A DNA stretch of 64,000 bases, taken from Balanoglossus misakiensis. Taxonomy: Eukaryota; Animalia; Hemichordata. Position numbers and translations under genes: made by a program. The stretch is taken from positions 4,094,156 through 4,158,155 of the forward strand of contig CM082588.2 of the NCBI GenBank assembly GCA_040954595.2, written 5' to 3'. Positions within the stretch are counted from its first letter, which is position 1. Each line of letters begins with the position of its first letter. The notes under the pieces were generated by a model. It was given only the letters and a program-made list of their open reading frames with translations, had not been told where the DNA came from and made no database searches. This document shows, one piece after another, positions 1 to 23,656 of the stretch.

Positions 1-3000
1 CTGTCTCTGCAGCGCCTTGAACAAGGGGATGGCCGCGACGGTGGTGAGAGCGAGGTCTTTGAACGCCAGCTCGTTACTGTTGTGGCTCGATGCCAGGATG
101 TCTCGGACCTTGGGATGTTCCGCTGGAAAACAAAACAAGATGAGAATGAAAAGCTGAACCTGTCATACAGTGAAAGCTTAAACCCCATGCCACTTTTAGT
201 ATACATTGTATTTTTAATGATAAAATACTACCCTTGGTAGTAATTCAATCTTCTCCCTTTTATCAATATCCTACTGGAAATATTATTTCTGTATTTTCTA
301 GAAATACGACCATTCCCATACCTGTGTGACTAGACTCACACGCTTTGCTGTATCGCTCTGGCAAAGGTTGTAAATTCCAGGATTGTACTTCGCCAATTAT
401 CTACGATGAAAATAAACAAAAGTTTGTTATCATGAAGGAATTGTCGCTAGAGGACGCTATCATTAGCTGGCCACTTCGACAGAGGCCACATCACCAATTC
501 CTTGCTGACAGATTCCAAAAATGTTCTGTTGATACCAAAGTTTTGTAACAGAAACATGCAGTTGCAAAAACTATGAAATCAATACCTCTTCATTTGCAGA
601 CACGACGTCCATGATTGTGTCCTCGGCTGAGAAAAGTGCTCCTTCACTGGTCATCAACACCAAGTTGGGACGATGACCGCTGACTGTGTAGTATCTGTGT
701 GTAGACTGCTCAGTCAACCAGCTGATTGTCTTGTCCCTGTGGAGAATTGTAAATTACATGTATTATGTGGTTGAATGATTTAACATCGTTATCCCCTGAT
801 AGATTCAGGCAAATGCACTAGTATGACACTATCAATTTAAGTAAAAATTTGACTGTGATAATATGTTACCTTGTAGGAACTGGGATGAGAAATATCTTGT
901 CATGAACTTTGACCCGTACTCTCATTGGTGCAGAGGCTCCAGAGTTGATCATCACATGATCAGCAGTTGATGACAACTCAGTCTGTGATAATGGTACAGA
1001 GGTGTCTGTCATGTCAATGTCAAGGTCATCGCCAACTTGACCTTGAGTGCGATGAGACCTGTCGGCGTCCTGCGAGATTACTGATGTGGTGACGGACATG
1101 TTTGTCAGTTTCAGTTGTCGGGTTTTCCTGGGTTTGTTCTTCAGCGAGAGCGAGCGTTTCGCGGAGTGCCCGCTGCCGCTCCCCTGTGTGGTCTGATTTG
1201 GAGCTTGCCTGAATACTGACTCCACGTCCATGCGTTTCCTCTTCGACGGTTTTTGTCTCACGTCATTGATGAGCCAATCATCTGCTGTGTAATACTCCTC
1301 AGGGATCAACGCAGGCTGTTCTGCGTTCGCATTGGCTGGACTGGTCTGGCGTGGAAGCTGCGACGATGTGGGTCTACTTGAGCGGCTTCCCACGTTCGAA
1401 ATCGCATCCTGGTACATATTGGAGGCGCTCGGTGGCTGGGCCAGCTCCATGACATCACCGAGGGACGGGTTCGGGTAGAACTCATCACCGTCATCGAAAT
1501 CAGCAGCTGAGTTCTCCATGTACGGCCCGTCCTCTTCAGTATCCATGGAATCAATCTGGACGATCTCTTCATCATCATTCCGGGAACCTTCTCTCACGGT
1601 TGCTGGTAGTATCGACCTCACCATGGCAACATCACTGACATCTGCATCACTGTTGTCAGAAATGTTGCCGTAACTCTCATTGTCATCATCATCATCTTCA
1701 ACATCCAGCAGATTTCTCCTCATGGAAACACCACCCCTACGCGACTGCAACGACCTTCTCTCAGAACTATGAGAGGATGTACGAATTTCATGACGCGGTC
1801 TTACTGGCAGTGGTGATGGCATTCTGCAGCTGTCATCTTCTTCCTTGTCGAACAGATCATCATCACCTTGGTTTGACGTGGCAGATACATGCTGGGTAGA
1901 ACTACCTGGAATTGAACAAACAAGGTATACAGCTTACATAAGAGAGTAGCTTGAAAAAGTTCACGGCCTTTAGTGACAACAGTTGGCAATCCACTGCTTA
2001 AATCAAAACTTTAGAAGTCACTCTTGTTTTATCAAAAACATGTAGAACTGAAATGTTTCATTGCTTAAAATGCATAAGTAAACAATTAACATACATAAAT
2101 ACAAAATATCACTGTACCTTGCTTTGCAGACTGGGTCAGAATTTTCATCAACTTGGCAACTTCTGTGAGAGTTTCACCGTCAATGTCTTCTTTGTAGGTG
2201 TTCTTCCACTGTACAAGTGTATCCAACGGCATGTTGCCCTGTGGCAAAAATAACATACAGACATGTCAAGGTCAGACTGCAACTTCTGTGATATCTGTTA
2301 GAGATGTATGATCGGTACAATTGAAAGTATGAAATAATCAAAAATATCAATTATTCTTACTTCACTGTCCTTTGCCAGGACATTAGCACCTCTGTTGATC
2401 AGTAGTTCGGCAATGTCAAAATTACCGCAGTTGATGGAATCGTGCAATGGAGTGACACCCCCACATCCTTCGCCCCCTCTGTCGTTGACCAGCGCTCCGT
2501 GGTTCAGCAAGTACTCCACAATCTGGTGGTGACCGAAGTTGCACGCCTCGTGTAGCGGCAACCAGCCGCAGTAGTCTCGGCAGTTCACCGGGTGACCCTG
2601 CAGAAGAAAATGTGAATTATGCTGAGCGGTCCAAGATGGCGGGTGGCATTTGTATCAACCTACAATTTACAAAGGACTGCACCCACACCCCTGATAGCAG
2701 TTACAGGGCCATGTAAACAGCTGTACCAGCCCCACAGAGGTCTCCACCGTGTACTAGCCAAGAAAAATGTTCCATTACAGCTATGTGATAGGACATAGGT
2801 TATTTTAATGAGACATACCTCTAAATCTTTAATCCAATGTTTAATCTAGTCAGGCTACAAGTAAAATGCCCCAAAAAGAGCTTGCAAAGAAAAAACACTT
2901 AATTTCTTTAGAGAGGCTTACCTTTTCAACAAGAATCTGAACCAGTTTAAAATTTCCATCTATGGCAGCCCTGTGTAGTGGCGTTTCCCCCTTTTCGTTT

Positions 3001-6000
3001 CTCTTTACAAGCTGTCAAATAAAGGTTCAGGAAATGTTGTTTGTTAAGGTTAGCATGCACTACAACTATCAAAGGAAGATTTTCATAATGGTGCAATTTA
3101 TGTGTGTGAGTATGTGTCTTTACAGGCTAACAGTAAGTTCATGTACTTGCCTTATTTCTTGAGCGTCTGCCATGTTCTTCATTCTCCGAGTCATCTGTCG
3201 AAGATTTTAAGAGACATGAGGTCTGGTATCAGAGATGTGACGGCCTGTAACTGACCTGACATACTAGCAGCAGAGTACAATTGTCAATGCATTCTATTAT
3301 CATCAAGTGATTCATCACCCATTAGTTCTATGAAATAACTCCAGCTGAAAATAGCAACATTAGAATGTAGAAAAACTTACCTGAATCAGAGAGTTCCAAC
3401 TCATCCATTTCAATATTTTCACTGTCTTGTATCTCGCTGTCATCAACACCGCTTAGATCATCGTCAGAATCCAAGCCATACGTTTCCTTCAAATTTGATA
3501 GTTTTCCCTCTGTGTCCACTTTGTTCTCTTCTCGGCCAAACTTGTCTTGAATCATCAACATCGATTTCAGAGTTCGCATCTGTCAAAACAACAAGGGTGG
3601 ATCACAGCTCAAAGTGAAGTATAAACAGAAATAGGGTGCCACTGTCTTGCTCGGAAAAAGCACAATTTAATTTTTTCAAGACAAATTGATCATTGAGGTA
3701 GAATCTTTGAGTCTCTCACCTGTAGTTTAGGGATGTTGGATCTTTCAGCGCAGTCCAGCGCTTCTTTGTAAGATTTGTAGAGAGTGGCATAGTCAGCTTG
3801 GTTGTCTTCCTGACTCTGAGCAATGTTCAGCCATGTTTTCACATTCTGCAGGTGATGAAAAGAGAAACAATCTTTGAATATCTATGAGAATGCCTTCACT
3901 GAGTTTATGGTACTCACTTACACAAACTGACAGACAGAAAGTCACTTTATATAATAGTTTGTACATGTACCTCTTTAGGATTATCTTGCCTGAGTTCCAA
4001 TTCTTTGCGGTAACACTCTATCGCTTTATCATACTTCTTGATGTCTTGATAGGTGGCAGCCAAGGACACGTAGATTGGGATCAACACCTTGTTGCCTTTG
4101 TTCAACATCAATGCACATTTCAACTAGCAGGGGAAAAAACATTATTTTAGTACATGTATGAGAGCACTACGTGTGACCATGACATATTGATTTCACCTAA
4201 TCTCATCCACCCACCACTCAATGCCCTTTCCTTGAAACAACCATCTTGAAGAAAACCCCACAATCTGTATATTACTTGATTAAGCTATTACCTGTTTGTG
4301 ATAGTACTCAATGCCAAGATCAAAGGCCACGACCTTACAGCACAGATCACCAAGCGATTCATATATTGGCATCCTTTCTTCCAAATCCATATCTGAAGTA
4401 GCTTCCAGTTCTTGTAACAGCTTGCACCCTTTTATAGCTGTGAGAGAATAAATTCAGTGCATGAGACAGTCACTAAAGTGTAGAACCTATAACGTGACTT
4501 AATACTAACAATACACTGTAGCAAGTAGTATCAATGCCAAGATGTAAGAAATTGTATGTAGACTCAATGAAATTTATTTTACTTTTCTTACCAGCCCTCA
4601 GTTGTGCGACAACTTGCTTTTTCTCATGTTGGAGTCGAGATCCTAATTTATAAGATTTCTTCAAAGCATGCTTCGCAGCAGTGAAATCACTCAGTCTGAA
4701 GAACACCTGTTAAGAAAGACAAATTTGTTGTATCAACCACTCATCATCAATTGCACAATCCCCAATGGTAATCGGAAACAGCAATTTAACATAACCTCTA
4801 ATTTCAAATTCATACTCACTGTACCAGTCATGGCCACTGCTTCGCTTTCCAAATACTTCTCCTTCATTTCCTTGGCACATTTCACAGCAGCTTCCAGACA
4901 TCTCAGTGATTTGTTTTTGTTGTTATTCTTCAGGTAGATTCCACCCAGAGAAAAGTGTGCCCTGTACAGATCTTCTAGTAATTTGTATTTCCTGAAAATA
5001 GATTTGAAAAGTAAACTTTTGGCTTCCTAAACCAATTTCAATGAACCATGAAATTCGCTGTAATTACAGCAGGAGAGTACTAAAATGATTTAATTAGTGA
5101 ATTTAAAAATCTACTTCATTAACCTGCTAGAATGCAAAAACTCCTCCCACTTTCACTACCATGGTTTGGTCCAAATCTATTGTTTTCTATGGTAAACTTG
5201 GAACTCTATACAGGGAAACATGGGGTGACACAATTACTGTCCCTTGGGGGTACCTACTCTGCTATGAAGACAGCTTGTTTAATAAACTTTGCACAGTTCC
5301 CTTGGTCCTGTTGGTTGTCATAGACAAGTCCCAAGTTCAAGAAAAGTCTTGCTCTCATCTCCTGTAATTCTTTCGTGGTTACAGTATTCTTCAGTTTGTC
5401 ACAGACTCCAAGGCTCCTGGAAAAATAAGCGATACTCGAACAGTTAGTTCTGTTTGCAATATTTTCAATTTTTTAAAGGCACTAGTAGTTTATTTCAGTG
5501 ATGTAGATGAGTTTTGTAACAGGCGGACAAGGCACATAAATTTGTTCATTAATATGTGCGTTTCTATGCAGTTTAGAGACATTATAGACAGTCACATGCT
5601 GAGTTCAGCGGTAGTTGTCAATGTATTTATTGATGGGTGTGTACAGGAGTTTTGGACAATTTCTATATTATTTTCTGAACTGCCTTTACCAATGATGAAA
5701 ACTATGTTACTATTTCCTGAAACTGTCTTTGTAGTACACATACCTTACAAATGCTTCCTGAGCTTTTTGCAGTGCTGTATCCCCTTTCGCAGCATCCGCA
5801 CACATCTCAGCCTGGCACAGATAAGTCCTTCCAATCGTAGCCAGTGCCCTCTGCTCTTCTACATGGTTGTCATGGGACTGAGCCAGTTCCAAGTGTTTAT
5901 TCTGATATTTCAACGCTTTATCGAACATGTTCAATTCACTGTAACACTCTCCTATTTTCCGACAGGCCACACCGATGCCAATGGCATCGTTCAAGGCTTC

Positions 6001-6993
6001 AGATAGGTGCAATTCCGTACGATGCTCCTGGATGGCATCTCTGTATTCCCCTGTGAAGATAATTACACTTCAATACACGTTCTAACTACCCCAGTAGGTG
6101 ACATCAATTATGGCTTGACTACAGACCCATCTGAAACACATCACATATCTGTACTAGGGTGAAGGAAAAACCACCAACTGGCAGCAATTATTTCCCTAAA
6201 TAAACAGATAACACATACCATTTTGTGCAAGCAATTCCCCCAATGCATTGCATAATTCCGCTTCTTCTTTGAGATTGCCTTGTGAGTGAGCCTTCAACTG
6301 AGCTTTCTGAAGCCCTGAATGAAACAGAAAAGTGACGATAATTTATCAAGCAAACTGATATGATACATGGAGTATGTTTCACAGTTTGCTGTTGTTCCAC
6401 TGCTGTACCTCTTCTTTGGCAGTGTCTTGGGGATGGAGGGACTGTGCTCATACAAACATGTGCAAGAGCTGACTAGTCTACTCAAAGCTACAGAACCATA
6501 GCTCGAGGTTTTGCCAGCCTGCCGTGGTATTTTATGTGGATGGTCTGGTTTCCCGTACCAACATCACATTTCTGACAAAACCCCGAGCTATGGTACTGCG
6601 TATTACCACGTGGTATCACATATACTAATGCAGCACATGCACTGAAGTGTGATACAGGCCAATTGTGGTCCAATGGTGGCACGTACGTAGTACATTTCAC
6701 CTCGACACCACTCCCCAAAGTAGCCTAGTAATGGCCTTAAATCACCATACAGTTTCCTGATGCTGTAATCATTATCTTGTCTATGCCAACGGTGGGGTGG
6801 AGATGGGGCGTGGCCGCCGTACGTAGTGGGACTGGGTCTCCCTATGGGGACTCCAAACTAAACCCGGAAGTGCGCGAGCGTATGCATCACGAATGAAAAC
6901 AACGACGAAACAAATAGCACTTGTGACTTGTCAGATGAATAAGACATAAAATATCAACTTACTCTTGAATTCCTTTCTCTCTCGAACATTCAT
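1..6993 (-). CDS. TONSL: Tonsoku-like protein (TPR - ankyrin - ubiquitin-like - LRR); 3' part runs off the window
   Basis: 18 phase-consistent exons: 6993-6963 (ATG), 6314-6219, 6050-5744, 5416-5258, 4991-4820, 4706-4592, 4437-4292, 4123-3971, 3845-3720, 3579-3381, 3194-3151, 3011-2922, 2597-2361, 2238-2118, 1905-870, 736-586, 400-322, 122-<1. Peptides match TONSL hallmarks: [150 protein letters not shown]. Confidence 0.96.
5150..5229. mobile_element. Short MITE-like element, degraded copy (same family as 40639-40731)
   Basis: tttggtccaaatctattgttttctatggtaaacttgga is a near-exact reverse complement of about 40673-40710. Lies in a TONSL intron. Confidence 0.7.
6491..6598. repeat. Inverted repeat / MITE-like hairpin in TONSL intron 1
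   Basis: cagaaccatagctcgaggttttgccag (6491-6517) pairs with ctgacaaaaccccgagctatggtactg (6572-6598): 24 of 27 bases complementary, 54-nt spacer. Confidence 0.7.
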
Positions 6994-7044
6994 GGTGTAT
7001 GCAAATACGTAGATATATGTAAACATTGACCGTCGAACATTCAG

Positions 7045-7095
7045 TGCGACGCCATTTTGAAAATCCCCGCGGATTTACAATGCACTCTGGGATAG
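7045..7095 (-). promoter_or_regulatory. TONSL core promoter (YY1, CHR-like and ZNF143/Staf-like motifs)
   Basis: Immediately upstream of the TONSL ATG. GCCATTTT (YY1) overlaps TTTGAA (CHR-like) at about 7051-7061, and TCCCAGAGTGCATTG (minus strand, about 7078-7092) resembles the ZNF143 SBS motif. An ETS site CCGGAAGT lies at about 6864 in intron 1. Motif matches only. Confidence 0.5.
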
Positions 7096-7844
7096 GGTGA
7101 ACTCGAGGTCATCCACTGCGCTCGATGACCTCATGTTAGGGCCAGGGGTGGACCATTTCATATCGGGGAGGGGGAGGGGGGCTAATGATTGCACTTCTTT
7201 TAACATTCTAAATTCTAAAGATCACGATTCATCGCACGAAAATTTCAGCTCTAGCGTTCATGTAGCGTCTAATGTATGTGTTTGCATATGTATTCATCCA
7301 TTCACTCTCCCGTTCGTTACGGTTCGTTCATTCATTGTCATAACTTTGAAATTTCATCATATGTATTTCCAAGGTGCATTGAAACAAAGATTTCTTACAT
7401 TGAACAAAGTGAAGTAGTTCTCATTGACCACAGAAGACGTATGTATTTGAAATCAAATTTATTTCAAATGAAAAATGATAACATAGCATAAAATACATTG
7501 TACTTTCAAATGTTCTCTTGAACGCTTTTGAAAAAAAAAAGTTTTCACGACTTGAAGTTAAAATCTGTCACTTTTGTATACACCAGGTAACAAAAATATC
7601 TAAGAATAAAATGGGATTTCTGCTTCTACTTCTTCTGTTCCAACCTCAAAAGAAAATCATTCAAGTTCTACCCCTTCGTGTATCTTCCACACCGTAAGTT
7701 GGTTATGTGTCGACTTTAGTTTGTGGATACATTTACAGGAGGTCCACCAGACCTATCAAATCCCGATGAGCGGAGTCTCTCATGTGAATTGAATGTTCCT
7801 ATGGTCGACGTCAGTGTATGCTCTTGTACTATAGCTCTGTGGTA

Positions 7845-7947
7845 GCTAACAGATTTGTGACATTAGTCAATATGGCGAAACGCTAACAGATTTGTGACAT
7901 TAGTCAATATGGCGAAACGCTAACAGATTTGTGACATTAGTCAATAT
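7845..7947. repeat. 37-bp tandem repeat, about 2.8 perfect copies
   Basis: Unit gctaacagatttgtgacattagtcaatatggcgaaac starts at 7845, 7882 and 7919, with no spacers. Confidence 0.95.
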
Positions 7948-8169
7948 CATTGTCTGGGAAAATTCACCTGCCTTTGTATTTCCAGTAGTGTTAGAATAAA
8001 ACAATACCAAATGTGGTATACATGTAGTCCAAAAACAGTCATAGCACATCTAAAAGACTCGTCCCTACTAGATCAACCTGGGAAGGTCTAGAGTTATCCG
8101 GTAGTGGAATCTTCCTTCCAGGAACGAGATTCTGACGAGTCTCATAAGAAACCAACGTTAGTGCTATTA

Positions 8170-18158
<9,989 letters not shown>

Positions 18159-21100
18159 CTCATTTCTGACTGAATCGGGGAGTACGAGTGTGGCTGCCTA
18201 CTCTGCAAGGGTCTTATCGCGTTGACGGCGTTATGGGCGTGATAATTCCTGTTGGGATCACGTTCATGTAATTCCTGATCTTATCCAGACAGCCGCTGTG
18301 GTTCGGAGGAGCCCCGTATTAGTTCATGTCTGCAGGCTATATGTGCCAATGGTTAATGTTTCTGTGGAGTAATCCCCCTCCGACTTAAACAAGAAAATCC
18401 CAGCGCCTCTGTTCTCTGTCACATGCGTCTAGCGAAACATTTCACAATCCGTCGTCTGCCGATTTCTTGGCACAATGAAGTTCTGTGATGAGCGTATTCA
18501 GTTTCCTTGCAGCATATACAATCCCCCTCTGTCCATAGGCAAGATTCTGGTGGCAAAGAATAGAGAAAAGTGCTGAACACAATGTTATGTTTTCCTATGC
18601 AAATGGACATCTTCAAAGAAAATTCTTACCGCATTGCTAATTACACTTCGCCCGGGGAAGCTTTTGTCTGCTTTTGTGTGAATGACGTCGTGTTTTTTTT
18701 AAATCCTCTTGTTGCCAAGTTCTTGGCGTTGTTTAACACTGTACTGAGACCATCGACGTACCATTCCAAGACCCACTTTACTGTAATGCATCCACAATAT
18801 GACGAGTTCACCCACGTCAGCTGAAAGACGGATGCCTGCGACCGCTTGGCAGACAGACTAAGCAACGACTAATGGTACACTGCACTGGTCGCCGGGTCTG
18901 CAGGGGTTGATCTGACAAGACGGTTGCTGTGTAATGGCTCAGCACGCAATGGGATCGCCCCCAAAATATCCCAGACACATTTATTTTGTAATTCGAATCT
19001 ATCTATATCCCGAACTATTAAGGACAACGCTAAAATCTCCCCAGTGTAAACACACCGGGCAAACTTTAAACGCAAACCCATTACGCCTGCTTGTAGCCCA
19101 TGTACATACGGGGTCCACAAGGTGTGCATAGAACAAAGGCGGTCTTGTATGTTTTTTCTTCCGATCAACCCAAGTGAAATTGACACATATCACAAAGATA
19201 TTATTGATCCATATGTCATTACTCTCCAGTTTATAGACTATAATCACGCCATTCATTATAGCCAGTCTGTGTGACGGCAAAATTTTGAAGTATGTAATCT
19301 GAACTTGAAAGAAAAGGTGGTCTTTTTTATTTGTCTTCTTTTAAAACTAAAGTCTGGAGGTCGCTCAGGTTGGCGTTTCGAGTGGTAAACTTTGTTCTCT
19401 CGGCAATTAATCACGGCACGTACTTGGAGCCGGTCGACCAGCGTCGCGTCGCTTACAAAATGTCGCGACACAGGATAGGGCAGGCGTGCTGCTTGCGTGT
19501 TGCACTCACAAGTACAACCAGGGTCTATGGTATATCTCGCAAAGAAAAGTGTGCTCGCCGAACTGAATGTTATCGGTGGCTGAATGGAATGTTTTCGCAA
19601 TCTCATTTTGACATTGCCCGCATGGCCTTTTTTGTATACGCTTCCTATTATGGGTGTACACGCATTACTCGAGCTTACCTTCAAATCAAAACCTCGCGAC
19701 CAGACTCAATTAACTCGATCGGCCTGTCTAATACCGGGCTGTCAACAGCTGCGCGTCCGGGCACCGGTGGACGATTGTTGTGTGTTCTCTGACTGTCCTC
19801 AGTCAACTGGCCGCGCGACCACAGAACACAATCATCACGTTTGTCAATACCATCACTGGGTGTCGTAACACGACATGACACTATTGCATTACCGCGGTGA
19901 GAGGCCACATACAACAACAGAGAGCTTTGTAGATATGAACTCCAGAGTCGCGGGCTAATTCAGATCGCGGTCGTACATACGTCCATGATTGGATCCATCG
20001 ACCATCACTGTTCTGTCTATTCAATATCGGTCAATCAATACCGCCGCTAGTAATAATCACGTGACTCGCCGGCTTCGTGTTTTATCACCCGGCAATTTCC
20101 CCAGTACAACTGCAACCGCACTGCATGATCATAAAGTGGTACAGGTATACTGCCACCTATAGGAGGCTGTCAGAAATGAGAGGGCCGGTGTTCTTTGTCA
20201 CTTTGGAACACGTCAAATTACCGTTCACACCAAGGCCAATCCGCGGTCAACTTCGCATCTTTTCAGGTGTATCCGTTATCTGTACATGTGCAACAACGCA
20301 GTCACGTTTCATTGTACTCTCGTTGTGCAAATTGTACTCTTGATGCTATAAACTATTTCAATAAAATATGTCCCAATTTTGGGATTAAAGTGGCACCTAC
20401 ACCAAGCGGTTGGCACATACCTTAACAGACACCGACCACGCCCACTTCGGCCTGGCAACCGTGTGGGCATATAATTTGGTTAGGTAAAATATTGCCGTGT
20501 GTCTGACAGTTAATGCATAGACTGTAGTGCTTTGATTTTTGGATAGAACTGTGATTCCATTTGGCCACTGTTTTGATTGATCCCAGTAAACAGAAGGGAC
20601 TGATGTATATTTTCGTGTGCTATTATATGCTATTTGTTTACATATCTCAAATAATAGAAAAGCACATTTAGATAAACACTGAAACATATCATCGTACATG
20701 TACATACCACAGGAAAATAGCGAGACCTTTCGATTAACCCTATCAAGACCCGTGCCTAACACTAATTTGTGTTTTAATGGTTAAAGAGGATATATACACA
20801 GTAAGATAGGACTGAAGTACTAGTATGCCGAGTCAGCGAAGTGGCGAAGAACACAAGTTTTATTAGGGGCCTTCTTCAATTACCAATGTCCATCGTTATC
20901 ATAACTAAGTGCTGTTTAATGTAATGATGTGGACGGTCATGATAGCCGTAATGGCCACCCACGGTTTTATTGCTCCAGTGGCCAGTTAAAACGCACGGAT
21001 CAGCTTTCAAATTGCGTGCAGTGCCCAGAACTGCCGTTTTATTTATATTTTTCGTACAACCATTCTCGTTCTGCGACCATTACAAGAACGCGCGCGTGCA

Positions 21101-23140
21101 CCAGTCGCCGTATAGAGGCCGGGCCGTGGTTTACGACGGTGCATATGCGGACACACAGCAGCAGACCGATAAGACTTATCGGCATTGCTGTATGATGTTG
21201 TTAGATTTGTTACAAACACAGCAATAGTTCTACTCACTACTCACCACATCTTACAATGATCCCGTTCCAACCAGTCCATGTTATCCTCTTTGTAGCCTCG
21301 CTGAAAATGTGCCTGACTTCACTTCACATTCACGCGTGCGTATTGGTCGTGGAGATAAGAACAAGAGCGGACTGGCTGCGACTCCAATTGAACCAACTCG
21401 TGCAGGGATCGTTGGAATACTTCCAATCTGCCAGGGTATACACAGACAAGATGTGTCAGATATCACACGCATCATCCATGTTATGAATATACGGCGTATC
21501 GGGTGACTCCGAAGCCGAAACATTACACAAATTAGAGAACGTGTGGGCGAGTTAAGGAGGACCCATTAAGTGACTTAAGGTCGTCACCTTGGAGGCTGTG
21601 TCTATCTAATGCGGTATTAAACGCCACGGGACGATATGAACGTCGGTCTGATGTTAGACTACGCAAGTACGGATATGTGGATGGGCGCAAAAAGCTTGGG
21701 CAAAAGAAAGCTATAAACCCTATAACAACTGGTTGTTCTTTCCGTTGATGATAGACCACAAAATTACCTGAAAAAAAAATGACTGATTTGTCTCTGTTTG
21801 CGATGATGTCATTAACCCGTGTAATCATTGAAAACAGGATGACAGTGAGTCGTGGCGCATGTCGCGTTCGTCTTGGATTGCCAGGGCTCACAACGCGATT
21901 TCCAGCGGAGCGTAAGCCCGCACGTCGAGGCAGCGACACTTATATCTGAAATGCGAAATACCAGACGATGGAACGCGAGTTTCATTTGGATGAGGTTATT
22001 CTTCATACAGAGACTAAGCACCACCGGTCGATAGCAGCATAACAGAAGAAAACGTCACAGTTTCACGGCCTTTAAAGGGACAATACATGTAATTTTTGAT
22101 TAATTTTGTACAACCTCCATTCTATTTATCAATCTTGTTCTTTGCTAAAATGATCAGTATTTTGATTATCGACATTGACTGTTTGTGTGCAGTGACTATC
22201 GACGTTGGTTTAAGTCCGGAACTGAATTAAGTTTTCACCAATAATGTTTGTTATAGTCATCAAGTCATTAAAAGCATTATATTTTGACGGGCGTCTGGAC
22301 GTCACTGCAGAGGTCAACCGGGATCACCGAGGTGAAGGAATTACGGTTGACCTACTGTCCAAAGGAGTTACAGTGGCACTCGCAGCATGGCAAGCATCCG
22401 ACCTAATATTACTAACTTATAAGTGAATTAGCTCAGAGGTCTGGTATCATGGCCACGCATGTGCAGACACGTAGGGGGTTGAAAGTCGAGATAATTAAAA
22501 AGAGCTGTATCCGTCACCTCCGTAATGTTGTTGTCTTTTCTGACAACTGGCACGTGACACCATTGACAGTACTATCTATGGTGACACGCGTTGATTGGAA
22601 AGACAAGCAACAGCGTCGATGGCAGAAACGACAAACGCTTATATGAACAAAATGCCCTGTGATGAAAGAACAGCTTTTCTATGCTGCTTTTGTGCAGAAA
22701 CACTTCATCAGGCTACATACATCCTCCATACAAATTTTCAAAATCTTTACAGTTAACGTTACAGTTTTCATTGCCATCGGATATTGCTGATGTAAGTCAA
22801 CGAACCACAAGACTCGGAGACAATTGCGAATGAAACTACCATCATTTTTATTGCATATGCTCCGAGTCAGGAACAAATTATCAGTTCGTACGGAACCGCC
22901 CGCATCCCCACAATGCAACACATCCGGGCAGGCCCCTTGCGGCATTTTTTTCACGTCATGTCGTTGAGGGCGATGCATCAACATTTAGGTCGGCCTCAAC
23001 CCAGCCCGGGTTGGCCTCAACACAATGGTCACCGCGATAATAATGACCCCACCACCACCACCACCCCAGCCCCCCCCCCCCCTTCCGCAATGAGCTGCAT
23101 TAAGGAGACAGGGTCGCAGTGTGCTTACAAATTTCTCTTT

Positions 23141-23277
23141 GTCTGTGGTTATAGACAGGTGGCCTTTAAAAACAGGTCAATTAATGTGCATGTGAATTGC
23201 ACAGGGGACTTTACCAGAGTGGCTGCTATAGACAAGTATCCACTATAAGGAGGTGACCACTAACACAGGCTTGACTG
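23141..23277. mobile_element. Fragment (one end) of a Tc1/mariner-pogo-type non-autonomous element
   Basis: Ends in acaggcttgactg (reverse complement CAGTCAAGCCTGT, a pogo/Tigger-like terminus) and has internal iterated gacaggtggcc / gagtggctgctatagac / gaggtgaccact subrepeats. The other TIR is not found. Confidence 0.5.
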
Positions 23278-23656
23278 CGCGTGGAAATCTTCTTGCGTTC
23301 TACTGAATGAACGAAATGGGATTTTGCTGGTATGGGTCACGTACATTAATTAAAACGTCAACACTTTGCCACGTTACTCGCTTGTATTTTTCTTGCAAAT
23401 GATATGTTTACATTTTTTTCTAATTCCCGTACCAGCAGATCGTTGACATTGTGAAATGCTTTCCAAAAATAATGTATGAATTAGGATTATTTACATAAAA
23501 TTGATTGGATTATCGAAGGAAAATATAGCCGTTGGCCTTTATTCCTGACGGCACCAATAATTTGTCCCAAAATAATTTTGCGAGGCTGATCGGTAATAAA
23601 ACGGTGGAAACAGTTGAAATCACGATTCATCGCCATGACAGACCACACGTACGAGT

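Noticed and set aside
7845-7947. 37-bp repeats of CRISPR-like length
   Set aside because: Units are directly adjacent with no spacers, there are no cas genes, and the context is eukaryotic: an ordinary minisatellite.
22072-22145. TTAAAGGGACA possible Kolobok-type element end
   Set aside because: No matching opposite terminus was found, so the evidence is too weak to call.
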